Below, piece by piece: positions 38,540 through 48,010 of a DNA stretch of 64,000 nucleotides. The position numbers and the translations under genes are program-made. The notes under the pieces were generated by a model. It worked only from the letters and a program-made list of their open reading frames with translations, was not told the origin of the DNA and made no database searches. This stretch comes from an uncultured candidatus Porisulfidus sp. (lineage in GTDB: Bacteria; Pseudomonadota; Gammaproteobacteria; Poriferisulfidales; Poriferisulfidaceae), in the NCBI GenBank assembly GCA_965116025.1, contig OZ220480.1, positions 1,088,001 to 1,152,000 on the forward strand, given 5' to 3'. The number at the start of each line of letters is the position of its first letter. Position 1 is the first letter of the stretch.

Positions 38540-39838
38540 CTACTGATTCGTCACGAGCAACGTCTGGTTTCGCCCGCGAACGGCCGCGAGACGCTTCTCA
38601 ATCCGCTCGCGAATATCTTCTTGGACCTCCAGTTCTCGCGCGACCGTTGGCCATTGAGCCACCGCGTCCACGATCCGGTCGACTACGTCTTTCGCCTCTC
38701 TCCAGTTCTTGAAACCCGCGAGCCGGGCGAGCTGGCGCGCCGCTTCCAAAGGTGGGTTCTTTCCATGCCCCAAAAAAGCGGTCGCGTGCTCGCCATGGGG
38801 GTGCGGACTGAAAGTCGCGTCGTAGAACGGAGCGGGATTCCATTTTCCGTCGTCGTCCATGAGGAAGGACCAGTTCTTGCTATGGTCGTCTTGGTTGCAG
38901 GCGAACAGGTTGAACATGGCTCGCGCGAACTGGGCGCGCCCAGCGGCCGGACTTCGGCAAAGGGATAGGCTGGCCTTGATGACGGTCTCATAGTCGAGGG
39001 AGGGCTGTCTGAAGTCAGCGTCGAGAAGGCCGCATAGGGTTTGCATGTGGAGGCGACCGGTCTCGGGGCGAGTGGGATGGCAGTCGAAGCGGCGCAAGGC
39101 CAGCCAGGCGGGAGCCGGAAGATCCGCCGGGGGATCGATCAGGCGCCATTCGGGCGTTTGGATGCCGCAGTTTTCCGCGAGAGTCAGGTACGCGGCCTCG
39201 CATAGTCCTTCTTGGTGCCCCAGCGGCAGGTGTTGCGAAGTGAACTTCACGATCCATGGTTCCAGACCGGGCCGGGATTTCGTGGAAGCGTGAAGGGTTT
39301 CCTCTGGAGATAGATAGATTTGGGCTTTCGGCCGAGAACCGCCGGGACTGCCGCCATGGCGGGCGAGCGCATCTGTGACCGTCGCGGTCGATCCCTCGAA
39401 GAACTCCACGGCGCTCCTGCCGAGGTCCGCGACATCAATCGAGTCGTCCGGCGCGTCTGGCGAGATTTCCGAGACCGGATCGTACGCGAGGGCTCCAAGA
39501 CCATGCTCGCCGACGTACGCCAGTCGGTCCAGAGCCGAAACCTGATCTTGAGCCAATCCGTGGCGCGCGAAGACTCGATTCATCAACGACAAGCCCCAGC
39601 TATCCGGAAGCGAATCGGCGAACGCGCCGTGCAGTCCGCCGTGAGGGCTCGCGGGGGCCTGTCGCAACTCGGCGTTGAAGGGGAGGGTGAAAGGGGATAG
39701 GCTGGAGAAGCGATCGACGTAGTCCGGGCCATATTGAAAGAACGTCGCGTCGCGGTTCCGCGCGAGCTCGCCAACCTGAACTCTCCGACCGTCGCTCAGT
39801 CGGCTAAAGACCCGAAGTTTCTTGATGGGCCGGAACAT
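38540..39838 (-). CDS. hipA: HipA-family toxin kinase
   Basis: FADSLPDSWG, SPGGSRPKA, RRFD and NQDDHSKNWSF motifs. Confidence 0.92.
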   Translation of the reverse strand: MFRPIKKLRVFSRLSDGRRVQVGELARNRDATFFQYGPDYVDRFSSLSPFTLPFNAELRQAPASPHGGLHGAFADSLPDSWGLSLMNRVFARHGLAQDQVSALDRLAYVGEHGLGALAYDPVSEISPDAPDDSIDVADLGRSAVEFFEGSTATVTDALARHGGSPGGSRPKAQIYLSPEETLHASTKSRPGLEPWIVKFTSQHLPLGHQEGLCEAAYLTLAENCGIQTPEWRLIDPPADLPAPAWLALRRFDCHPTRPETGRLHMQTLCGLLDADFRQPSLDYETVIKASLSLCRSPAAGRAQFARAMFNLFACNQDDHSKNWSFLMDDDGKWNPAPFYDATFSPHPHGEHATAFLGHGKNPPLEAARQLARLAGFKNWREAKDVVDRIVDAVAQWPTVARELEVQEDIRERIEKRLAAVRGRNQTLLVTNQ

Positions 39839-40116
39839 CAGGATTCGACCACCTCGGAGATTTTTCGGGGTGCCGGCTTCGGAGGGTCCGCCAGGATGGC
39901 CAGAGCGTCCAGTCGGTCCACGCACTGCCAAAGCAGGAGGAACTGGCGTAGCGAAATCTCCCCGGTGGTTTCGAACCGCTTGATGGTGGGCGCGGGCACC
40001 GCGCTACGCTCGGCCAGAGCCTCGCGGGAGAGTTTCCTCCTCTTGCGTCGCGTTCGCGTGGCGCGGGCCAGTTTTTGCTGGACCTCGAAAGGGCTATGCA
40101 GGGAAATCAACGTCAT
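39838..40116 (-). CDS. XRE/HipB-like antitoxin
   Basis: LSREALAERSAVPAPTIKRFETTGEISL HTH; TGATG coupling to hipA. Confidence 0.88.
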   Translation of the reverse strand: MTLISLHSPFEVQQKLARATRTRRKRRKLSREALAERSAVPAPTIKRFETTGEISLRQFLLLWQCVDRLDALAILADPPKPAPRKISEVVES

Positions 40117-40130
40117 GGAATCCACCTAAA

Positions 40131-40148
40131 TAGATATTATTATATCTA
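40131..40148. promoter_or_regulatory. Palindromic operator upstream of hipBA
   Basis: TAGATAT-TATT-ATATCTA in an AT-rich patch. Confidence 0.6.
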
Positions 40149-40304
40149 AAAGTATTATATTTTTCTTATTGTAGATACCATAATACCCATAAAAATTCTA
40201 GAGCATTGAATTGTGAAGGCGGACAAAAAACTGCCCGTCTCGACCCGTGAAGAGCTCGCGGTGGCGTTTCCTGGAGTTGGCTCCGCTCTCGGCGAGCTCG
40301 CGGA

Positions 40305-40751
40305 CTACCGATCGTCGGAGTCTTTGGAGTCGCGCTCGACCTCTCCCTCAATGACGCGCCCGCGCGCTTTCGGATTGGAGCGTTTCTTCTGGGATCGCGG
40401 ACTGACCGCGCGCATCAGCCAGAGCAGAAGCGCATGCAGTTTTGGCAGGATCAGCAGGGCCGCGGCGATGCCGTCGGTTATGAATCCCGGGAGAATCAGG
40501 AGGATTCCGCTGATCGTGACGCGGGCGCTCGTGAGCAGGGCGAACCTCAGATTGACGGGAGCGCCTCCGGTCGCCTGTCGCAAGATCTCGCGCGTTTGTT
40601 CACGGTTGGCCTGGATCAACGCGATGCCGAGGAGCGCGGTCGCCACCTCGATCCAGAACACGCCCCAGCCCAAGCCGTTCTCGATGGCGATCATCACCAT
40701 CAGGAACAACTCCAGAAAAAAGAACAGGACGAAGAAGGCGAAAATTGGCAT
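40305..40751 (-). CDS. fxsA: FxsA family membrane protein
   Basis: GILLILPGFITD and C-terminal VIEGE motifs. Confidence 0.85.
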   Translation of the reverse strand: MPIFAFFVLFFFLELFLMVMIAIENGLGWGVFWIEVATALLGIALIQANREQTREILRQATGGAPVNLRFALLTSARVTISGILLILPGFITDGIAAALLILPKLHALLLWLMRAVSPRSQKKRSNPKARGRVIEGEVERDSKDSDDR

Positions 40752-40755
40752 GAGT

Positions 40756-41736
40756 CTAGGGAATGTGACGCTCGATCAGGCTCGCTAGGGCGCGTATGTG
40801 ATTGGGGCTATCGTTGAGAGCGGGAATATACCGAAACGTTCGTCCGCCCGCCTCAAGGAACACGTCCCGATTTTCTTGGGCGATCTCCTCCAGGGTCTCC
40901 AGACAGTCGGCGGAGAAGCCCGGGCAGAACACGTCGACCGAGCGCGCGCCGCCCGCGGCCAGTTCGCGCAACGTCTCGTCGGTGTAGGGATTCAGCCATT
41001 CTTTGGGGCCGAAGCGAGACTGGAAGGTCATGCGCCATTGGCTCTCCAGCAGGCCCAGCGCCTGAGAGATTCTATAGGCGGTATTGTGGCATTGCCGGGC
41101 ATAGGGGTCTCCCCGCTTGATCGATTCCTTCGGCAGTCCATGGAATGAGAGAACCAGCAACTCGCTGGGGCCGTTCCGCTCCCGGAAGTCTCGAATTTGG
41201 GAGACGCAGGAGCTCAGGTAGGCCGGATCGTCCGCGTAGTGGTCGATGAACCGGATTTCTGGAGCGTCGCCTTTCTGACTGAGCGCGTTGTCCAGAGCGT
41301 CGCGCGTGGAAACCGTCGTGGCGTTGGAGAATTGCGGATAGAGGGGCAGGACGATCAGGACGCGAGCTCCTTCCAGCTCCTTGATCGCCCGTGCGATGGA
41401 TGGCTGGCCGTAGCGCATTCCCAGCGCGACTCTCGTTGAGTGTCCGCGCCGACCGAGCTCCTCCCGTAACGCGTCGCGCTGGCGTTCGCTGTAGACGAGC
41501 AGAGGCGAGCCTTCCTCCATCCAGACTTTCTGGTACAGGCGGGCGCTACGCTGGGGACGGACGCGCAGAACGATGCCGTGCAGGATCGGTTGCCAGAGTA
41601 ACGGAGAAAGAGGAATCACGCGGCGGTCCGACAGGAATTCCGCGAGATAGCGGCGAACCGCTGGCGGGGTCGGCTCGTCAGGGGTCCCGAGGTTGGAAAT
41701 CAGGACCCCGACGCGGGACCCCGGCTCTTCCGTCAC
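40756..41736 (-). CDS. hemH: Ferrochelatase
   Basis: NLGTP, LPLYPQFS, SFHGLP, FQSRFG and DCLETLEEI motifs. Confidence 0.96.
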   Translation of the reverse strand: MTEEPGSRVGVLISNLGTPDEPTPPAVRRYLAEFLSDRRVIPLSPLLWQPILHGIVLRVRPQRSARLYQKVWMEEGSPLLVYSERQRDALREELGRRGHSTRVALGMRYGQPSIARAIKELEGARVLIVLPLYPQFSNATTVSTRDALDNALSQKGDAPEIRFIDHYADDPAYLSSCVSQIRDFRERNGPSELLVLSFHGLPKESIKRGDPYARQCHNTAYRISQALGLLESQWRMTFQSRFGPKEWLNPYTDETLRELAAGGARSVDVFCPGFSADCLETLEEIAQENRDVFLEAGGRTFRYIPALNDSPNHIRALASLIERHIP

Positions 41737-42320
41737 TTCTCGGTCCGCTCGCGCAAGGGGCTGGTGCGGGGGAAGTGGGCGCGCAGGAATTCCATCTGGT
41801 CCGCCAGCACCCGGCGGCCCTGCAGATAGATGTACTCGGCGTGGGTCGGCACGAAAGGAATCGCGAGCAGATGCATTCCGGCCTCCTCCGGAGTCCGGCC
41901 CGCTTTCTGGTTGTTGCAGCGCTTGCAGGCGGTCACCACGTTGTTCCACTCATCCGCGCCGCCCAGACTCAGGGGGTGGACGTGGTCGCGGGAAAGCTCC
42001 CGGCGCTCGAACGAGCCTCCGCAGTACAGGCACAGCCAAGCGTCGCGCTTGAACAGGGTTGGGTTGTTCAGCGGCGGCGTGTAGGTCTCCCGCAACGTAT
42101 GGTTGTTGCCATAGGTCGCGATGATGGAGTTGAGGGTGAGGATGGTGCGCCGTCCAGTGATGGCGTTATGCCCTCCTCGCGCGCGCAGAATGTCTTGGCC
42201 GCTAACATAGGCGACCTGTCCCGCGTAATGCAGGCGTACCGCCTCCTGGTAGCCGATCCACTCCAGAGGCATTCCAGAGATATCGGTGCGGAGGATTTGC
42301 TGCGTCAACACGTCCAACAT
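41733..42320 (-). CDS. HNH endonuclease family protein
   Basis: RDAWLCLYCG, DHVHPLSLGG and NVVTACKRCNNQK motifs. Confidence 0.88.
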   Translation of the reverse strand: MLDVLTQQILRTDISGMPLEWIGYQEAVRLHYAGQVAYVSGQDILRARGGHNAITGRRTILTLNSIIATYGNNHTLRETYTPPLNNPTLFKRDAWLCLYCGGSFERRELSRDHVHPLSLGGADEWNNVVTACKRCNNQKAGRTPEEAGMHLLAIPFVPTHAEYIYLQGRRVLADQMEFLRAHFPRTSPLRERTEK

Positions 42321-42340
42321 GACTGCGCTCGCTCCATTTT

Positions 42341-42382
42341 CGCGCCTCACTTTATACCGATTCGCCCGACTTTACAACTCGG
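42341..42382 (-). promoter_or_regulatory. Sigma70-like promoter, copy 1 of a 42-bp direct repeat
   Basis: Minus strand TTGTAA-N17-TAAAGT; 36/42 identical to 43693-43734. Confidence 0.6.
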
Positions 42383-42409
42383 AATCAACGAGAGAGTCGG
42401 GCTCCGAAC

Positions 42410-43564
42410 TCACGATAGCGCGATTTCAACCTCGCGGGCGTACTCTTGGAACGCATCGCCATACAGCCCGGTCAGGTCATAAGCTTCCTTGAAGCTGACG
42501 CGTCCCTCCTGGGCCGCTCGGGTCAGGTGAGAAGCGAACAGCCGACCAACACGATTATCCTGATTGTCGCGGAAGCTCCCACTTTGCCGTTCCGTTCGCT
42601 TTCGGCATTCTCTTCGCGTATAGCCGTGGTGGAAACGAAAAAAATCGTCACGCCCCATCAAGTCAAGATCCATCGCTCTTCGTCCAATCGCGACGGGGCT
42701 GACTTTGAAGCGCTCGGCCAGCTTTTCCAGAGACGTTGCATCGTTGGCGACCGAGCGCCAAGCGGCGCGCATCTCGGTGGAAGGGATGAGGAGTTCGGCT
42801 GCCGCATGATCGCAAAATCGCTCTATCTCTCCGTCGCCGGGCTGCAACCCTTGGAAGCCGGACAGGCCTTCACCCATATCGCCCAGCCACAAATGCGCGA
42901 ATTCGCGCGCGAGGGTAAACATTTGGGTGGATTTCGCGTCAGCCCCATTGATGAAAATCAATGGAGCATGGGGATCACTCAGGGCGAAGCCGCGAAATTC
43001 GTTCACATTCAGCTTGCGATAGTCGTCATTTCCGACGATGCCGTTGATAATCGCCATGACGCCAAGTCGCTCAATGGCTTCACGTAGTTCGCTCACGGCG
43101 ACGGTCCGGGTTCGCGCCAGCTTTGCCCAGCCATCAACTAGCCCAAGCGCTCGCTGCATTTCCTGACCGATAGATGCCGGGTTGTCCGAAAGCGAAGCGG
43201 TTCCGACGAAACCAACCGGTTCCGCGTCGGTTTCCATTCGCTCTTCCCGTAGCCATGCCTGCCGGCGCCGCATGAGGTGGACGGTATCCATCAGCTCCGG
43301 GCTTATGCTTGGAGGACGTTGACGTTTGATCGCGCGGAAGTCCGCGAGTGGAAAACGGATTACCGGTGGTTCTGGCAGGAAAAGAAATCCGTACGGCACC
43401 CGCATCGCTTTGGCGAAAGCTTGCAACTGTTTCATCGTGGGCTGGATGGATGCGCTTTCCCAGTCAGCCAACTTCGGGAACTTGTTTCTCAGGTCCGCCA
43501 ATTCGAATCCGGCGCGTTCCCGGGCCCAGCTAAGAACTTCTGGGCTGACCGCTACCCGGGTCAT
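42410..43564 (-). CDS. XRE-HTH plus ImmA/IrrE metallopeptidase with altered HExxH
   Basis: N-terminal HTH (LSWARERAG...PTMKQL), FRGFAL, IFING, and FTLAREFAHLW in place of HExxH. Confidence 0.85.
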   Translation of the reverse strand: MTRVAVSPEVLSWARERAGFELADLRNKFPKLADWESASIQPTMKQLQAFAKAMRVPYGFLFLPEPPVIRFPLADFRAIKRQRPPSISPELMDTVHLMRRRQAWLREERMETDAEPVGFVGTASLSDNPASIGQEMQRALGLVDGWAKLARTRTVAVSELREAIERLGVMAIINGIVGNDDYRKLNVNEFRGFALSDPHAPLIFINGADAKSTQMFTLAREFAHLWLGDMGEGLSGFQGLQPGDGEIERFCDHAAAELLIPSTEMRAAWRSVANDATSLEKLAERFKVSPVAIGRRAMDLDLMGRDDFFRFHHGYTRRECRKRTERQSGSFRDNQDNRVGRLFASHLTRAAQEGRVSFKEAYDLTGLYGDAFQEYAREVEIALS

Positions 43565-43692
43565 GTTGGAACTGCAGGCTTCTTGATTTCGCGCGTTGTT
43601 CCGGGACGCTACCGGGCCAACGACGCGCGCTTTTCAGGAATCATGCTTTCTTTGGAAGATATTCGTTCCAGTGGAGTTCCAGAGGAATCTTC

Positions 43693-43734
43693 CGCGCCTC
43701 ACTTTATACTGATTCGCATGGCTTCACAACTTGG
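43693..43734 (-). promoter_or_regulatory. Sigma70-like promoter, copy 2 of the 42-bp direct repeat
   Basis: Minus strand TTGTGA-N17-TAAAGT. Confidence 0.6.
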
Positions 43735-43844
43735 GCGCGACGGTCGACCGGGAGAATTACGGAGATGGCGATGGTGGGGGAGGGTGGCATGGTTCGGTTC
43801 GCGCGGAATCTCACTCCACGCTGAGGTTCATGGATATTCGACGG

Positions 43845-44047
43845 TTATCAACAATTCGTCATGCGAAGCCAGCCATTCGCATTCAACGAAGCGAGTGCGC
43901 CGGGATAATGGCGGAGAATAAACGCGAACGTTATGAAAGCTATTCACTTTTTCGGATCGTTACGGAGAGGGGAGGGAGTTCTTGGAAACGCCCTTATCCA
44001 AAGCTTATCCCTCTCGCTTCCCCTGGTTATCCCCAGAGTTGTCCACA
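43845..44047 (+). promoter_or_regulatory. Cluster of DnaA-box-like 9-mers
   Basis: TTATCAACA (43845), TTATCCAAA (43994), TTATCCCTC (44005), TTATCCCCA (44027), TTGTCCACA (44039). Confidence 0.55.
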
Positions 44048-44071
44048 TCCCGAATTTCTTCGCGTGATCCC

Positions 44072-46237
44072 GTGACCGAGCTCTGTCTGCACGTGGGCGT
44101 GGACGCCCCGATTCGCCATGGCTACGATTACCTGCCGCCGGCGCGCGGGCCCATGCCGCCGCCAGGCGCGCGGGTGCGAGTGCCTTTCGGTCCCCGCAAG
44201 CAGGTTGGCGTGGTCTTGGAGCTTCGTCCCCGGCCCTCTGGCGGGCCGGAACTCAAGCGGGTTAGCGGGGTGCTGGACGAGATTCCGGTGATCGATTCGG
44301 ACGTTCTGCGGTTGCTGATCTGGGCGGCGCGGTACTACCAGCACCCGATCGGGCAGGTCGTTCACGCGGCCTTGCCGAGACGCATGCGGAGGGGTGAGGA
44401 AGCTGAGCTTTCCGGGACGACCATATGGCGCTTGACGGCGGCTGGCCGGGAGGAAGACCCCGATGCCCATCGGCGCGCGCCGGTTCGGCGGACTCTTCTG
44501 CAGGCGTTTCAGAACCATAAGGAGGGTTTGGACCTGCGGCAACTACGAGATTTGTGCCGCGATCCCTCAGCGCCGCTCAAGGCTCTGGTCGGGCAGGGCT
44601 TGGTGGAAGCCGACTTTCGGTTGCCACCTCTTCCCGTTCCCGTCGTGCCCGAGGATGTGACGCACAACTCGCACCAGCGCGAGGTTGTGGAGGAGTTGCG
44701 AGAGAGGCTGGACTCGTTCCGTTGCACTTTGCTGCACGGCGTGACCGGCAGTGGCAAGACCGAGGTCTATCGGGCCGTGATCCGCTCAGTTCTGGATCGT
44801 GGCGGACAGGTTCTGGTGATCGTCCCGGAGATCGGTCTCGCGCCCCAGTTGCGCGATCGGCTGGCGCGAGACGCTCGAACCCGAATCGCGGTGTATCACT
44901 CCGAGCGCACGGAGCGCGAGCAATACTTGACTTGGCTTCTCGCGCGAAGCGGCAAGGCGGACATCGTGGTGGGCGCCCGCTCGGCGGTGTTCTTGCCGTT
45001 TCGGGACCTGCGGCTGATCGTGGTCGACGAGGAGCACGACCCTTCCTTCAAGCAGCAAGAAGGCTTTCGCTACCATGCCCGGGATGTCGCGGTCTATCGA
45101 GCGCATCACGCTGGAATTCCAATCATTTTGGGCACGGCGACTCCGTCGATTGAGACTTGGCGCAACGTGCGCGCGAAAAAATACCGGCGCCTGCGCTTGC
45201 CGACGCGCGCGGGCGCCTCGATCTTGCCGAACACGGAGCTGATCGACCTCAATCGCTACCTGGCGGAAGATGGGCTTTCGGAACCGCTTTTGGCAGCCTT
45301 GCGCGAGACGCTGGACCACGGAGACCAGGCTTTACTGTTCCTGAACCGGAGAGGCTTCGCCCCGGTGCTGTATTCGCCGCGGACGAAGGAGCCGATGGCG
45401 TGCCCGGACTGCCAGGTCAGCTTGACGTACCACCAGCCGCGTCAACTGCTTGTTTGCCATTATTGCGGCTTCCGTCAGTCCGCTGAGCGGGAGCTTGAGG
45501 GAGGGGCGGTTCCACTGGGCGCGGGGACGCAACGAATCGAGGAGCGCTTGCGCGCGGAGTTCCCGGATTGTCCGGTATTGCGCCTGGACCGGGACCGGAT
45601 CCGGGGCCGCGGGGAATTGGAGCGCAGCATAGAGAAAACCCGTCGGGGCGATTATCGGATCGTGGTCGGTACGCAGATGTTGTGCAAGGGGCACGATTTT
45701 CCCGAAGTCACGCTGGTCGGGGTCATCAATATTGATTCCCAACTGTTCAGCCCTCGCTTGAGAGCGCCGGAGCGAATGGCGCAGATGCTGGTCCAGGTAT
45801 CAGGCCGCGCCGGGCGCCGGGTCAAGCCGGGCAGAGTGCTGCTTCAGACCTGCTTGCCAAAGCATCCGGTGCTGCGACAGTTGTTGAGCGAGAGTTACGA
45901 GAGCTGGCTGGAACGCTTGTCAGACCGTCGGCGCGAGCTTGGCCTTCCGCCGTACAGTCATTGGGCGGTCTTGCGGGCCCAGCATAAGGATTACCGGCAA
46001 GCGGAGACTTTTCTGTTGGACGCGCGGAATCGGATGAGTGAGGCTGAAGGCGTTTCCGCGCGCGGGCCCGCTCCGGCCATGATGCCGAAGCTCGCGGGGG
46101 TCTGGCGCGCCCAGTTGCTACTGCAGGCGGTTTCCCGAAAAGCGTTGGAGCGTTGCCTGGATAACTGGCTCCAAGGCCTGGGGAAAAAGGGGCGGGTGAG
46201 CTGGACGCTGGACGTGGATCCGCTGGATATCGCGTGA
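44072..46237 (+). CDS. priA: Primosomal protein N' helicase
   Basis: GVTGSGKTEVY, VDEEHD, LNRRGFAP and QVSGRAGR motifs; ends WTLDVDP. Confidence 0.96.
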   Translation: MTELCLHVGVDAPIRHGYDYLPPARGPMPPPGARVRVPFGPRKQVGVVLELRPRPSGGPELKRVSGVLDEIPVIDSDVLRLLIWAARYYQHPIGQVVHAALPRRMRRGEEAELSGTTIWRLTAAGREEDPDAHRRAPVRRTLLQAFQNHKEGLDLRQLRDLCRDPSAPLKALVGQGLVEADFRLPPLPVPVVPEDVTHNSHQREVVEELRERLDSFRCTLLHGVTGSGKTEVYRAVIRSVLDRGGQVLVIVPEIGLAPQLRDRLARDARTRIAVYHSERTEREQYLTWLLARSGKADIVVGARSAVFLPFRDLRLIVVDEEHDPSFKQQEGFRYHARDVAVYRAHHAGIPIILGTATPSIETWRNVRAKKYRRLRLPTRAGASILPNTELIDLNRYLAEDGLSEPLLAALRETLDHGDQALLFLNRRGFAPVLYSPRTKEPMACPDCQVSLTYHQPRQLLVCHYCGFRQSAERELEGGAVPLGAGTQRIEERLRAEFPDCPVLRLDRDRIRGRGELERSIEKTRRGDYRIVVGTQMLCKGHDFPEVTLVGVINIDSQLFSPRLRAPERMAQMLVQVSGRAGRRVKPGRVLLQTCLPKHPVLRQLLSESYESWLERLSDRRRELGLPPYSHWAVLRAQHKDYRQAETFLLDARNRMSEAEGVSARGPAPAMMPKLAGVWRAQLLLQAVSRKALERCLDNWLQGLGKKGRVSWTLDVDPLDIA

Positions 46238-46348
46238 TCTGGTCGCGATCTATATCGGGCGGGGCCGGGCCGATCTCCGCTCCGTTTTTGAAAGGCGCGC
46301 GGAATGATGCCGATGATTTGGGCTTCAGGCTCGCGGGCGGTCGTCAGG

Positions 46349-47386
46349 TCAGTGAGCGGTGAACTCGATCATTCTTCGGGTTGAGCGCAAGGCGCGAAGA
46401 CGGATGTCCTCGTCGACGTGAATCTCGCCGCTTCCAGTCTCTAGGGCCTGGATGACCCTATTGAGGTCGTTCATGGCCATCCAGGGGCAATGCGCGCAAC
46501 TTTTGCAAGTGGCGCCCTCGCCACCGGTTGGGGCCTCGATGAACGTTCGGTCCGGTGCGGCCTGCCGCATCTTGTGAAATATCTGGCGGTCGGTCGCGAC
46601 GATGAAGGTCGGGTGGGGAAGCTCTTGGCAAGCTTGGATCAGGGCGGTCGTGGAGCCGACCACGTCGGCCATATCGATGACTTCCTCAGGAGATTCCGGG
46701 TGCACTAGCACGGCCGCCTCCGGATGCTCGGCGACCAGCTCGCCGAGCATCCGGGACTTGAATTCGTCGTGCACCACGCAGTGACCTTGCCATAGCGCCA
46801 TGTCGGCCCCGGTCACGCGTCGCAGGTAATGGCCGAGGTGACGATCTGGAGCCCACAGGATTTTCTCTCCCTGATCCATCAGGTGCGAGATGATTCGCGC
46901 CGCGCAGCTTGAGGTCACCACCCAGTCGGCGCGCGCCTTGACGGCCGCGGACGTGTTGGCGTACACCACGACGGTCCGGTCCGGGTGCTCGTCGCAGAAC
47001 GTGGAGAACGGCTCGACCGGACAGCCGAGATCCAGCGAGCATTCCGCGTCCAGCGAGGGCATCAGGACGCGTTTCTCTGGATTCAGGATTTTCGCGGTCT
47101 CACCCATGAAACGGACTCCGGCCACGACCAGAGTCCGCGCCGGCTGGGTCGTGCCAAAACGGGCCATTTCCAAAGAATCGGCGACCCGCCCGCCGCTGAG
47201 GTCCGCTAGCTCCTGCAGATCCGGGTGGGTGTAGTAGTGGGCCACCAGCGTCGCGTCCTCCCGGTCCAGAAGCTCGCGCGCCCGATCCATCAATCGCGCC
47301 CGTCCCTCCGGGCCATAGCCGCCCAGTCCCTCCTCGATGACCCGAGTTTCGGGGTAGTCGAAAGTGACCGCGAGTGCTCCCGCCAT
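46349..47386 (-). CDS. nadA: Quinolinate synthase
   Basis: [32 protein letters not shown] and CAHCPWM motifs. Confidence 0.96.
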   Translation of the reverse strand: MAGALAVTFDYPETRVIEEGLGGYGPEGRARLMDRARELLDREDATLVAHYYTHPDLQELADLSGGRVADSLEMARFGTTQPARTLVVAGVRFMGETAKILNPEKRVLMPSLDAECSLDLGCPVEPFSTFCDEHPDRTVVVYANTSAAVKARADWVVTSSCAARIISHLMDQGEKILWAPDRHLGHYLRRVTGADMALWQGHCVVHDEFKSRMLGELVAEHPEAAVLVHPESPEEVIDMADVVGSTTALIQACQELPHPTFIVATDRQIFHKMRQAAPDRTFIEAPTGGEGATCKSCAHCPWMAMNDLNRVIQALETGSGEIHVDEDIRLRALRSTRRMIEFTAH

Positions 47387-47405
47387 CGCTATGGGCCTCG
47401 CCGCC

Positions 47406-47594
47406 TCATGGCCGGAAGATCGAGACGACGCTGAGCGCGATGCCGGCCGCTACCAGCGCCAGTCCCGTCCAGATCGCCCATCCCGCTCCAGACGTTACGC
47501 TACCGAGCAGCAACACCAGGAATCCGACCACGCCGAGCGTGATGGAGAGTTTTACGTCATTCATATCGAAAACAATCGCCCTTTCCGCTTCCAT
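47406..47594 (-). CDS. Small two-TM hypothetical protein
   Basis: Two hydrophobic helices; directly upstream of nadA on the same strand. Confidence 0.5.
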   Translation of the reverse strand: MEAERAIVFDMNDVKLSITLGVVGFLVLLLGSVTSGAGWAIWTGLALVAAGIALSVVSIFRP

Positions 47595-47956
47595 TATAAA
47601 ACTCGCCTCGCGCCCATTCGGTCTTTCAGGCGACGCGGTGATGTCGCTGGGAACGGAGGAGCGCGGCGAACGCCCGCGATGCCTATCACGCCTCCCGGGA
47701 CGTTCGCTTTATTCCAGCCTCGGGCCTCGAATTCTCGCGGGCGAAGAGCGATTTCTTCCAGTGGAATGTCACTTTCTCTCCGTTCGCTTGGTGAGGCCGC
47801 CGATGTCTGGATAACGGGGGGAAATCCTCGGCCCGGGAGATTTCTGGGCGTGGTTGAGTGGCTGGCGTTTCGCGAGGGAAAACGCTACCGGTCTCGCGAC
47901 CCGGCTGGACACCGGGAGGTTTGACGTGGCATCACTATAGTTTATATTTAAGCCGT

Positions 47957-47989
47957 AAATCTTAATAGCGGGGCGTGCTATTCAGATTT
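47957..47989. promoter_or_regulatory. 13-7-13 inverted repeat upstream of fic
   Basis: AAATCTTAATAGC-N7-GCTATTCAGATTT (1 mismatch). Confidence 0.55.
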
Positions 47990-48010
47990 TGATAACAGGG
48001 CATCCATACA

